This document shows positions 35,901-49,256 of a DNA stretch of 64,000 nucleotides, in pieces. Origin of the DNA: Tubulanus polymorphus (taxonomy: Eukaryota > Animalia > Nemertea); NCBI RefSeq assembly GCF_964204645.1, contig NC_134029.1, forward strand, positions 4,402,001 to 4,466,000, written 5' to 3'. How positions within the stretch are numbered: the stretch's first letter is position 1; the number at the start of each line of letters is the position of its first letter. The notes beneath the pieces are model-generated. The model was not told the origin of the DNA and did not search any database. It saw only the letters and a program-made list of their open reading frames with translations. The position numbers and the translations under genes are program-made.

Positions 35901-38900
35901 ACTTCCCTAAAATAACATTTTTAGTCTAATGAGAATGAATATGTTTACACGTAGTATATATACAACTAATATTTGAACCCAACTCTGATGAAAACATTTG
36001 CACAATGGAATTGATGGCATTGAATCAAATCCACATAGGGATTAAACGTTCACTCCGAGCTATTATTTTGGATATTGCACTTTTCAGCGTCGCATATCAC
36101 CAGACAGCGCGGCTCTATAGCAGTAATCTAATAAGGGAATTTACCACACATCCATTAAAGAAGCAAAAGAATGAGCCATTAGGATCGTTTTGGTACATAG
36201 AAGATGACAGATACTTGATATATGGGATTTGATAGATAGATTTTTGACGGTAGCCACTGACCGGGAGCGAGCATTTAATGGTAAAGGTGAGGTGACTGCG
36301 TGCCTGATATGTATGCTATTTGATACTCTCGGGATCATTGGCTAAATCGAAAGTATCCGACAAAGCAGTGAGCACTCTCATCTACCCGTTGAATTAGACT
36401 GTTAATGGATTAAATGTATCCGATATTAAATACAATCCATTAGCAACACATTTACCACAGGAACTAATACTTTAAGTGACGGCGACTAGGATCATTAGTA
36501 CCGATTGTATGCACTACAATGTATCTCCACGTTCAACTGGTCATTCTAGCGTTGGGGTTCTAGCATTGGGACGAGATTAGATTAACGAGCCCGCTTTTGT
36601 TTTTTTTCTGTATTTTATCGATGGTCCAGTGAGTGCATCCGCATTCGTTTCTTTGCGTTATTTCAAGCAATAAAAATCGTCCTTAGTAATTTATACGAGC
36701 GAAAACTATTTACGAGCTGGCGCATAGAAAATAATTTCTAGATTTCGTGACTGTGACATTTCGTAGACGGTTTTATTCGTTTTAGAGTCCTTGGTTTTAT
36801 TTACTGCAGAAAGCTTATCGGGTTAGCCCCTCATTAGAGGTTAGATTGGTCTATAAAACAAGCCCCAGAAGCCCACAGGCCTCTCACGTCCAATACGGAG
36901 GCTGTGACATAGTGTACATGGCCCACACAGCAACGGACAATTAACATATCAAACCTATCTTTGCATAGATTCAATTGTATTTTTGAAATATTCTGAAATT
37001 GAGAAAAAATTGCTAACGATCCTTGTTTGCCTTGAAGCATTTCCAACTACAGATTCCTCTTTAAAATGTAGTGAGACGTAGTGGTTTTGATATTAGAATT
37101 CATGAGACTGAAGTAAAATAGGTTATTCTGCTTTTGTGGATTCTATCGTTAAAAACCCCTCGGGTTATAAATTCTGGAGAATTTTACTGCGCGCAAACAA
37201 TGAACCGGATCGGGCCGGATGAAAATTAAACCGGGGAAGGCTTCATCGAAATTTACTCTCGATCGTTAGGTTCGGGTAATATCCACATTTATTGAGATTT
37301 TATAGCGGTTATTCGCTGATGCAATAAACAGGAGAACGCGGTTTTATGAGAGATAGTCACCTTTCACCGACGCGCAGACGGCTGGACTATGCAGCTACTG
37401 GTAATACACACGCGCACGGCTGAACGGCTGAAATATCCCGATATTTGAATACCACGACTTTTCTGGGGATGGCTGATTACACGAAAGGGGTCAAACCATC
37501 TCCCCACCTCGTTCATTAACTAGACCGATATTCCGGTAACACCGGGTTGATGATTTATCACCGCAGCCTCGGGGCCCCGTGCGTTAGTTACCCGTCGTCT
37601 ATCATTCATTTTGACAAAATGTGCCGTGAAGCGAAATCTGATTTTCTGATACAGGTAGAAATAAATCTTACATCGAATGTCACACACTGAAAACGACGAA
37701 TACCATTGAGAGATGGTCGATAGCGCAAATGAGAAATGTGGAGGGTATCGGGTTACGACTGCGTTGAGAAGCCATCACGCACGCCTGATAAAATTCCTAT
37801 ATTTATATCAGACCGATGTATTGTGTTCAAATACTCTTTTCATACTCCTAGCTGCATGCAATTACCCGGATTTAAATTATTCACACGAATAGGAGTAACG
37901 TCTATTGTATTCGAAACATCGCGAAATATCACCGAAAGACTGAAAAGTAAGGTGCTACATTCCTCGAAAATAACGAGTAAACCGTGCGTTCGAATAGCGA
38001 TAGCGTCCTGTCCAAAAATTCAATTCTTCATTTGCTATCAGACCTTCATCCCAGGAGAATTCTCTATTTACTGTGGCCTCTGCTCTACTGGGCTCTAAAA
38101 TTAGACTCGGCCATTAATGCTGGGCCATCTATCGATTTCCGGGAAGTTTCCTTTTTTGTACAAACAGTTCCCAGTCGGTGCATAAGTCTCTTTAGATGTA
38201 ATTAGTTCTACTTTAGCTCGTAGCGTAACTCGGCACGGCAAGCTCAGACCAGTCCCTTCGGCTTTTAGGACATAAATCATCGAATGTCTGCCGATCTGTT
38301 TTTGTCTGCTTTTAACGAATCAAGACACGACGACGTTTCTTCTTCTGCAGTCCTCCATGATTGAGACATTTTCCTCACGTGCACTTAAAACGTTTTAAAT
38401 AATTAACATCGCTCTAATGCAATCAGTCGCTTGTTCGCTCGAGAATAGGACGCAATCTCTTCCGACATCACCAGCGGATACACAGCGACATCGCCAGTGA
38501 TATATGCTGTAAAAAAGCAGAAGAAAAGGATGTCGCAGATCATCAATCACCGCTGCTCAGACGACAAACGCGGACCGTCGTTGATATTCAGCCTTTAAAC
38601 AACATAAAACAAACTCACGTAGCCTTTGAAGTTATTCTATATTAGAAAAAAAAAACAATCGTCAAAAATTAGAATCGGCGGCAAGCGAAACAAGGCAAAA
38701 CCCTACCACAATTCGTGATGTCTGTGCACGTCGCGTGCACGTCGTGCTGTCTTTTCAAAGGTCTTGACTTGAACGACCGTTAAAGGACGTTGGAGAAGTG
38801 ACACTTCGGTTTCTGTAATAGGTTTAAAAAAACAGATCGAACGCCATGATTAGAAGATCGAAACGATCTGCTCGGCTCGGGACGCGCAAAGCTCCAGCTT

Positions 38901-41900
38901 TCGGCGAGGGTTTTCGCAAAATCGCACTTCGATTAGGTTTTATCGACTTGACAGATACAACTGAAATCAGACGGTTCCAGATAGCAATCAAAACAACAGA
39001 TGTCAAACTTACCGTGATAAACGGCAAATTAAGAATATCTCTGACTGATTTGACAGTAAATCGTTCGGGATTGCGGCAATGATTTGACGTATCTCGCTCG
39101 ATCGGTTCTCGAAAGCTAGCTATATCTACAGCTATAACTGCGTTAAGAAGAAAACGACGTCGACGATAGCTATGTAGTACCGGATATTCAAAATGCACGC
39201 CATATGGTAATCATAATATTTCGGAAAAGATATGATTATTTTCGGTACGGCGACGCGGGCACAGGATATTACCACGCGAGGTTTTATCGGCGAAGAGATT
39301 TTTCATACGGATATCGTCCGAATATTATTGACGAAAACGGATCATTTCACATATAATATACATATGTATGTATCGGGGAAGGGATTTATCGTTGACCAAG
39401 TGTGCGTGTACACTGCTGTATCAGACAGTTGATGTTGGCTAGAACAAGATGCACTTGGCTATCGCCTGAAAACTTCCTCAGGCCACAGTTCAGAGTGACA
39501 GTGTTTCGAGTGTTTACTGAATGTTATCGGCGGTAACAGAAATCTACTTCGGCGCATACTCGACGATACATATCCTTCGAATCATGTGTCGTAAGCCTAC
39601 ACGTTATATACCGTAACGCGGCGTGTACGGCCGCAACACTCCTCGATTCCGCTTGACGACCGCGACGCTACCCTCGTCTACCCCAGTGAAAATTACCATT
39701 ACTAATCAAATTATCGCGTGGCAATGAATTAGATATACGACGTAGACGATTTTCATTTCCTTCTGAATTAATGCCGTTAACGATCAACATGGTCTTTTCA
39801 TTAATACATATACAGCGTGTCCAGTTAACCCCCAATGTAACCCGTCGGCCGGGTGTCCGATAGTTGTCGTTTATGGTGTATCGAACTCCCATTACGGACG
39901 TATGCGTTTCATCCTATATCTAATGAGAAATCCATCATCTTCAAATGATTTCATTCAAATGTAGATATCTAGGTACTTTTAAGATCCAGTTCCACAGTTG
40001 TGAGTTAGAGTTAACTCTGAGTTAAAATTAGTTCATTTTCAATGAGTTAACTCCGAGTCAAATCTTAACTCAGAACTGTGGAACTGGGTCCGGGTGTCAA
40101 AGTGTCTACGTGTTTATTTTCAACAGAGAAGAAAAAATGTTGTTCACGCCGTAAAAACCGTTACAATAATGTCTTAATACAGCGGTATGCGTTATGTGTG
40201 GGGTTCTATGTGAGTCATGTGCACTGCGTCATCAATATTGGCGTTTCAAAAAATTACAATTGTGAATTTGTGCGTTCATTTTGTAATGAAATGAATTTCA
40301 TGACTCATATCTTTTATTTGATCAATGTTCGTGTCTTATGAGTGGATGTCCCCTACGTCATCAATGTTGGGGCTACTGGTTAATTGTCTGCCAATTGAAT
40401 TGTCGATATTTTCAAATTCGAAATAACTTAATTGATCCTTGACATTTATATGTATGAATATCGATAATACTTAGGCAATATATAAATGTGTTATTTTTCT
40501 TCAAGGCGTCAATAAACTTTCAAGTTGGGTTTCTTTTTATCTCTCATCCTCAGACTTGAAAACGTCATCTTGACCTACGTATCGAAGAACGATACGCAGG
40601 CAGCCCCAGTGCATCAGTAGTCAGTTTTTCAACTACAAGCGAAAGCACTTTCCTATTTATTTCATTGCTATAAATAGTTAGATTATTCAAATTCTATCTA
40701 ATGGATTTTTATCATGGGTTACAAGGGATTTGAGAGGCATATCGAAAATTGAATAACCATCAACAAAATGAGCGACGGACTATAAAAATTGCACGATATA
40801 TACCGCGGCATTGATTGCATTGAGATGATTGCCGAGCGATGCCATCGGGTTCGAATCCCTGTCGCCGCGGGAGGAATCAGAATTCGGCTGGCTTCTACCG
40901 TAAATCTTCTATGAGATCATCATTGCCTAGTGACTCTTCTTCCAGTACTGCTGTTGCTAATTCGATGATGTCACTTTGACGATGCCTTCGCGTTCGTTCC
41001 TCCATTAGTAATCTGCATATACCTGCGCATAGAATATATATTATAAGTCTGATATATCATTATATAACGTATATATTGAAAGAAGCGAACGACAGATTGC
41101 GTACAACCTGATTTATAAAATTGTGGCGATGTTTTCTCGCTGTCATACGATTGATGCCGGGGCTGCACAGCAATATAGATGTCACGTTGAGATGGATAAG
41201 AAAACACGAATTTCCCCGGGGAACGAAAAACCATTAGATCATTATTCTCCCGGTATTATTCTATACTGACCATACGTCGAGATTGGAGCGCACGTGTATT
41301 GACGAAATGCACTCGGCGCTGGGGTGCGATCGTTATTTTTGCGTATTCTACGCGAATTATATGACTTGTTTCATTATCGAACAGTGAATGATGATCACAG
41401 ATGACCATCTGCAAGTACTCTCCAAAAACTACTGCTCTTGAGTGCAAAACTGAGTAGGTCTAAGAACCGACGACAATAATATCGCTTTTCCCACGGTCGC
41501 GCAAATTTTCTCCGGTGGCGATGGCTAGTTTTGGCATTCGATTTTTTTAGGGGAAAGTCACAGAAAACTCCACGAAAAAGAAATTAAAATCGCAGCGCAG
41601 AAAACCCACAAAAATCTAAAAAGATCACTGTAAAAAGCATTAAATGTGAAACGAATAAATTCGCAGAGGATAATCATTTTTGAAAATATATCGATCTTGT
41701 AGAAACCCCAACGAGTCCGTTTTGTATTTAGAACTAAACACAAGAAAAATCATCAACTTATCAAAAACAACATTCCAGATTGCCTTCATTAACTAATGTT
41801 CTCTATATATTTTATAAGTCAGCATTTCATATTGATTAAGGTAATCAAATAAGACATATACATATAAATATATCATTAGTTGCCGCCTTGTATTTATTTA

Positions 41901-44900
41901 TGTATGAGAAAGTACTTTGCGTCGATCTACAAGCGGTATCGATAGCTTTATATCTTGTTATCTATTGTTGAAGCATCATCAAACATTATATATGTGTGTA
42001 TTATAAATACATATGTATATTTGCGAGCTTCTTGTCTTTTACCGCTGTTAGCTCCGTCAAACGTATCGACGTATACTTCTATGATGTCAACCCTCGCATC
42101 TTTTTTTCCAGCGAAGAAAGTTATAGTTCGTCTGCTTCTTGCTTGCTTCGATCCGAATTAACGACGTTATGCTGCCAAATCGATTTACAGCATAAAACGA
42201 CGTTCGTTTCGATAAACTGCAGGTTTCCTTGTTGACTCGTTAGAAAGATGAAGTCATTAGTCTCCATTAACGTCTGCGTTCGTGCGCGGTTCGATGCACA
42301 TGTCGTGAAGGTATTCGAAAAACGCGATGATTTTCGAAAATAGAATAAGAGAGAAATCGCAACGTGCACGATCAAACTACCTTGTCGAGCTTAGCTAAAG
42401 TTATTTCAATATACATTTAGTTTCCCATGGTAGTGTGTCCATTGATCTTTTGGCATTTTATAACTTCGCCAGATGTTCGCTGAACGATATTTTCCCAGTT
42501 TCTTTTCCATCTACGCTTCTCTGCCCTCTCTCCTCTTACTCTCCTCGTGCCTATAAACGCAGTGCTTCAAGGCAGTCGCTTTTTGAGCCGCGAAGTAACT
42601 ACAGTTCAAAGCGCGTATAGATAAAACACCTGTCAACGTCAGATTTTTGCGACAAACGACATGGGAAATTTCCTGCGTTCTGTTCATGTCGTTAATAACG
42701 CCGACCATGTAATCAAAACCGTGAACAAACATTCAAGTAGAAAGCCGCGAACAACTGTACAAGGAAACCGATCAAGTAGCATTCAAGACCACGGCTCGAG
42801 TAACACTTATCGTTATGAGGCGCCTTTCACTTTCGCAATTTAACATTCGAGCGTATTCGATATATTTGTTATGTCTTCGCAATAAGTGAAATGTTCGGTC
42901 TATTCATTCGACCCTGTTTCAGTCGAGTGTCTAGTTGGGTTAAGTCGCATCTTGAAGACATACGCCGCGTGTGGTTTATTTGATGACATACTCCACGATT
43001 ATCGCGTCGTTCTGTGTCGTTAATTAACCGAAAATTCGATTGTTTATTTCTGATCGCTGCTCGTCGGGCGCCAATTCGAAAAGTTAATAGAACGTGAAAC
43101 TCGAATCAATGCTTAATTAAGGGCCCATCGGCGGCGCGATGGAACATCAAAGCTGTACGGGTAATATATAGCTACGAGCTAGTCTTCGCTCTGCACCTCG
43201 CCAGGAAATCATGGGATAAATTGTATCGATTTGAATCTGAAGATTAAACCCATGTGATCAACTTTGCCGCGAGGTTTACCAACCCCTAAACTCATAGGAA
43301 AAGCATATTCCACCGATGGTTGTTCGCTTTATTTGATCACGCGACCACTAAAATTTTTCCTCCGCTGAGAACGTACCGTAACACAAAACTTCCATTCAAT
43401 CTCCGTAACGAAACTTGACAGGCTGTAAACGTTTCTTTCTTTAATATACAAAAAAACACCTTGAAGAGATGTTGTAAGTTGAAGCCGTGGAGAAAAAAGA
43501 TAAATCATTCTTATCCACAATGTTCTCATTATTACGTAACAGCGCACATACCCCTGTAGTTTGGCGGAAACCGACAACAATCACCGATAAAGATACGTTT
43601 GAAGAGCGCCTGTGCTTGAAAAACTAGTTACAACCATCAGCGAACATTCTCAAAGATGATTGAGAATATTTATTTGACGTCTACGGAGAAAGAAATGTGA
43701 AACGTACGACATAAAAATCGAGGTGAATGTTTACCGAATAGCAAAAATGATGAATTATTCTTATGATTTTTGTTTTGTCGAAGAACTTCGTCGTTTCAGA
43801 TCATATATCTGTAGTTCTGCCTATTTCTACCTACTGCAGTAGGTCGAATAACAGCATAGTATTTGATATCTAAAACCATTTCATTTTTAACATGTCGTCC
43901 TACTGATCATGATGTATTTTTGATTAACGCGCTGCGAAGGATAAGTAGACGCAATAATGACAGGTAATTGGATTAGGTTGATGTGAAACTGGCTAGAGTA
44001 GGGTTTCCTTTAATTCTATTTGATGTCTGTGTTGTGACGTCATGATGACGTGCCTATTCGGGAATCTCAATCGATATGCAAGAAAAAGTAATAGTGAACA
44101 AGTAAACAAAATTGAAAATTCATTGAAGGCTTGAAACAAAACAAATATCTTGCATAATATTGTCGACAAAATAATATAATATGATATTAAAGATCAATAA
44201 TGATATTTTATATTTGAAAATATCGATAATTGAATTGAATTGACCGGCAACTAGTCTAACCTCGATATTGATGACGTAGTGCACATCCTCTCAAAACAGT
44301 TATTTAACTTTATGAAACATAAAATAGATTCATGAAATATGTTTCATTACAAAATATACGCCAAAATTCACAATTTGATTGCTGTTTAGAAATGCAAATC
44401 TTGATGACGTAGCGCACAAAGACTCACACAGAACCCCCTATAAGTAACGCATACTAGGTATCAAAACATTCGGCTTTTACGGGGTCAAAAAATCCGTATG
44501 TAAAAATTCGTTTTTGCATGATACAAACTTATGAAAGTAGCTTTTTCAAGCTACTGAGCAGCTCTTCCAAAAACTTATTTGCGCCTCTGTAGGGATAAGA
44601 AGAATAGCCGAATGGTAGAATGCTACCTTAGTCTCGTAAAGAAGCGTCGTCTCCGTATGCGAAGTAAAATCAACCATGAAAAATGATATAAAATATTATT
44701 TCGGGTAACTCGATATAGTCTCAGATTTGCCATCAAACACCGTGAATTATGATAGCTATTCTTATTGATATTCGTCCGTTGTTTATTACAATAACACTAT
44801 ACCGTGTCTAACACAGCGCGCGAACATTACGAATAGCTACCAAATACCTTAAACATAATTCGCATGACTCACTCAAGATATTGGGGAAATCGCCATATAT

Positions 44901-47900
44901 CGCCCATAACCAATTTATCAGTACCTAGTCCGCTTCTTCGTGTTGTATTTTTTCGTGAATGGTTTTTTATTCCCAGATAAAGACGCAGTTGATTTATGTA
45001 CGCATAAGACTTATCGTGTTAGCTTTCTTTTTTTCGGTAACAAGCGATGTTACGGTTTATGTCTTGTCTACCGTCCGTGTTTCGATTCTTCAATGACGTA
45101 CACACGTCGCATTCTTGGTAAACAGTTAGGATAATCTCGCAATTAATCCCCTGTCGGACGATCATCCTTGTCATCGCCTTCTGAAGTCGACACACGTTTT
45201 TAACACGACACAAGGATATGCGAAGATACCATGAAATATTCATTTGCAACATTCACGATAGAACCTGTGAACTGATGATATAGTGAATTGAAGTTCAAAT
45301 GAATGATATTATATTACCCATGTACATATCACGGAGAAATCCCGATTTTGTAAGGCTCCGTCACTGTAAAACTAGCCCCGGGAGAGACGAAAATACCACG
45401 AGCTGAAAAAACCTCGTATTTCTAAGATGAATAACGTCGTTTGCAACGCACGTATCACTTTGAAGGTATAAAAGTAGCGTTAATACACTTTATTTGATCG
45501 TTGCCCCCGGGATGTCATTTATTATCGGCAACCGTTTCCTCATCGGTGGATAAAGATATGGCCGGCAATATCCGATTGCAGGACCGCTGAATGTTTCTTG
45601 ATTAATTGGTAGTATTGTATGATTGTACGTGACTAGCCTGATTCTGTGGCTGCTGCTGATTCCGGTTAGCAGATTCGACTCTCTCTCTCGGGGCTTTGAT
45701 TGTGGTTTCGTTCACCATTAGCGGGTCTATTCTTACGGATGATGCTATCAAGAAGGCTTATCGGAAGCCAATTTAGGTTTTGATCTTATGGTTGTTGTGG
45801 CAGCGGGCAATCGGATCAATGATGCCATTCCAGGTATATTACTGGACAATGGTAAAAATAGCCTCAGACGGATGTATTTAAAGGTCTTCCCGCGTCTTTT
45901 GATCGGAACAATCAATGTCCATCCACGTCTGCCTTTTAACCAAAAGGACGCGGACGACCATTAAAGAACTGCGGCTAACAGCGATGAAACCTTTCCGTTC
46001 CATAATCAAATGACATTAAAAACCATGCTCGTAAATAGTTTTATCTGTCGTGAGTGTTTTATGGTTTTCATTGGAGATGCCAGAAAGGACGAAACAGTCA
46101 CAGAGCCACAATCACACCATCAAACTTGTACATTTTACGATGACAATTCCGTATATTTCAACTATCATCCAATAACGACTAATAGCTGAGTATATAGCGG
46201 TCGTTGTGATGACGACGACTGCCGTTATGGACGTTTTATAGTTTGTAGTATAGCACTGTAAGAAGTGCTTCGATATTACCGGCTAAACTACACGGTAGTA
46301 ATGTATATGACTGTTTGGAGACTCGTAAAACCGAATGATGACCCTCAAGATGCCATCATGGAACTTTACCTTTCGCAGATTACATTAAAATACATAAACG
46401 CGTAGGGCACGTTCCCTCTCTAATTCTGCATAATGTAGTTTTGAGCAAATGCACATGGTTACTTTCGGATACCCAATATAGAAATATGTCCAAATTCTAT
46501 GTTTTGTAACTTGAGTTCATCCTTAGTCACTTTTCAATTTACATTTCAATTCGTGAAAACTAACTCGCTCTGAGATTATGCGACGCTTTCAAAGCGCAGA
46601 GTAATTTTCTACTGTTACCTGGGAGATATCAAGTTGTTTATCTAAATAATTTTTATGCATATCAATGGCGTGTTATTCCCCGATGGTTATTTCGATTTCC
46701 TGTTTACGCTCGGATGAGTGGAATTTTTTTCATCTTCGCGGTTGTTATTTCAAAATCAAGACTGCTGGCGTTTGTATTGTCACCTGTCCTATCAGCCAGC
46801 TGATCATTATTCCCATCACACGGGTCTATCACGCATCTATCAGCGTGTTTGTGCAGTCTCAATCTCACTCCAGGGAACCCGTCCACCTCGATGAACGCCC
46901 GTCTCATCTCCCGGGAACCAGTCTATGTATACACACTAATAACGCCAGTGTTGCATTGATTACGAAAGATAAATCTTGGAACTGGTGCCCGGGAATGGAT
47001 AAATCTATTCACATTAATAATTTGATTAATCCCATATATTGTAATTTGTCTCTAGTGACAAAATGTATGTAGTTCATTAACCCAGGGAGATAGGCCTACA
47101 CTGAATCTATGCCAGCGATGAAATATAGAATATAAAACAAAAGTGAGATTCAAATAGTATCCTAGACTTCCAGGGTTTGGTGCCTGTCGAACCAATCCTG
47201 GCAAGTGAGCATTGATATATAAGGCATGGTTAAGATTTGAAGATATCACACTTGGATTAGAAATTGCCAAACCGGGCTGTTTTGTGATGTTCTCTTCGAT
47301 GTTAGTTCAGAATAACAAACTCAATTCGGCATATATTATGCATCTGGTATGTACCCTCGTTTATGTTAATATATTTCGAAACAATTGTCTGTTTATGTAT
47401 TATGATGTAGCCTACAAATAAACGTGATGCAATTATTTCACGGGTGCGGGGATTTTTTGTGCAGATAATAAATGATGAATTATAAAATCGATAGTAGTAT
47501 GTTCGGGCAGACGATCACTGCTATCCATCATCATCACTGATATGTATTATGCGTGTGTTTACGAGAAAGAAAGGTAATTAATGTTTCCGACACGGGCGTG
47601 GCAGATAATGCGCTATTATCTACGGTGGCGCAGGTTTTTCAGACGCATCTGCTGCAGAACTGAGAACGGCATATAGATCCGCTGTACTGCCGTGAGACCA
47701 CGAAGTACGTACAAGCTCACACTAGAATATTCAATCCATACTGATTAGTCTGGCTTTGGATTTTAAAAGGCAGCTGCAAATTGGTGACACGAAGACCGTG
47801 TGCAACAGATTTGTCGAGCGAAATTTTTTCATTTAAAGATATCATGCACGCTACCGGTACCTAATTGAAAATTCCTTTGAGAATATTTGGTTTTTGATTG

Positions 47901-49256
47901 CGACGTCTTCATCAAGGAGACATCCGGTGCTAATAAGACATGCATATTTGTGAAGTGTTCATTACGTGAGAGCTATATGTAATTAGTTCCCTCTATAACT
48001 ATTCAAGCAATGATCTTAACAACTTTCCGTATATCTTCGAGTTCAACTAAGTTTTATTCGACGTCTGGTTGAGTTTAAGGTTAATCAATCGGAAGGAACT
48101 ACTTGACACGGGTATAACTTCCGCTTGGCGGTTAAATGTTCACAGCTTTGATAAGATCAATACGCGCCTGCGGGCAGACAGTAATAACGCGCTACTTCCG
48201 GTGGTATAATCTTGATTCATATAGACATCACGATTCGAGCGATTCGTGCAAGAAATCTTATTAGAAGAGAAGCATGTTCCTGAATATTATAGTGAACGGT
48301 TAATGATTTCAGTCTGAGTTGAACTGCACCTGAGACGAATCCACTCAAGTATTGCAGGCTAAGCAATTTTACGTGCAAGAACGTGTAATATTACGTGTAA
48401 TATGATACTGGTCTAGCTGCGAAATTATTAGATTGACATTACAATGGTTGACTGATGAACGGTACAAATAAAAGGAGGTTTTAACGTTCTATAATACCGG
48501 AAAAATCAATCTAAATGGCTTAGCGAAGTCAAATCAGTATTCCGATCGCAGACGAAATTCATGCCATGATAAGATATATACGTTACACATTTTACGAATT
48601 TAAACACCATTCGAAAAATTGCCTGAAATGCGCTCCGTGTATTAAAGAACAGTTAAGGGTATCATAGGAAATTCGATGGCTCATGAGCCGTTTTTATACT
48701 CAGTTAATTACCTCATCCGACTGTTATTTGAATATGGAAATGTTTTTGGTCTGTAAAACTACTTGGCGTAGAACAGTCCCAAGACACTTTATCTACGTTA
48801 TGGGAGTCATTTCATTAGTGTTTTTTCTTTTTAATATTTTTCAGATGTGTTTGTAAAATAGTGTCTCGTGAGAAATCAATCAGCGCCGTGGAGATGGGGA
48901 AAACGGAGTTCGAGGCTTATCCGTTCGCTAGCTGTCATCAGGTGCGACGCAGCTGCCGAAAATACTGCAAAGACCTACTGAAACCGGATTTCGAAGACGA
49001 ACCTCTGAGACGCATCGTAGACGGTCACCCACTCGGCTACGGCAAATGTTTAGAGTACGCGAAGCCGACCGGTAAAAACGTCATCAAATTACACGCCATA
49101 ACGGAAGTGCAACACTGTTCAAAAATCGACCAAGTTGACTGGCACGACAGTCTGTGCTGCGGCCCGACACTGGCTTCGTATGAGCAAGACGTTGAACCGA
49201 CAGAAACCTGGGCCTGGATGCCTAAATGCAACGGACTCGAATACGTATACCTTTAA
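29931..49256 (+). CDS. Uncharacterised secreted cysteine-rich protein (~165 aa, 10 Cys); exons 29931-30016 and 48845-49256
   Basis: Exon 1 encodes MDIEYFGVFALMLTLYNYAVDA-NTISRR (signal-peptide-like) and ends TC|gtaagt in phase 2. Exon 2 starts after ttttcag in phase 2 and encodes CVCKIV...SCHQVRRSCRKYC...KC...HC...LCCG...PKCNGLEYVYL*. The join is inferred from phase compatibility, and additional internal exons are not excluded. Confidence 0.65.
39983..40090. mobile_element. PIF/Harbinger-like MITE
   Basis: TIRs gatccagttccacagtt / aactgtggaactgggtc with internal gagttaactc palindromes. The TIR resembles the elements at 61299 and 62504. Confidence 0.65.
40141..40545 (+). repeat. Copy of the ~400-bp dispersed repeat family
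   Basis: ttcacgccgtaaaaaccg ... ggggttctatgtgagtc ... ggatgtcccctacgtcatcaatg ... ttcaaggcgtcaataaactt. Confidence 0.7.
40800..40960 (+). repeat. Possible tRNA-derived SINE-like fragment
   Basis: B-box GGGTTCGAATCCC at ~40847-40859 without a tRNA cloverleaf; boundaries are uncertain. Confidence 0.3.
44100..44492 (-). repeat. Copy of the ~400-bp dispersed repeat family (reverse orientation)
   Basis: Reverse-complement motifs aattgaccggcaactagtc, ttgatgacgtag, gactcacacagaacccc, aacgcatactaggtatcaa and ttttacggggtcaaaaa. Confidence 0.7.

Noticed and set aside
38824-39198. Overlapping 124-aa (-) and 78-aa (+) ORFs
   Set aside because: There is no domain similarity, and locally high GC content explains them.
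46665-47072. 135-aa (+) and 67-aa (-) ORFs within the giant intron
   Set aside because: They show no recognisable family and no convincing pair of splice sites.
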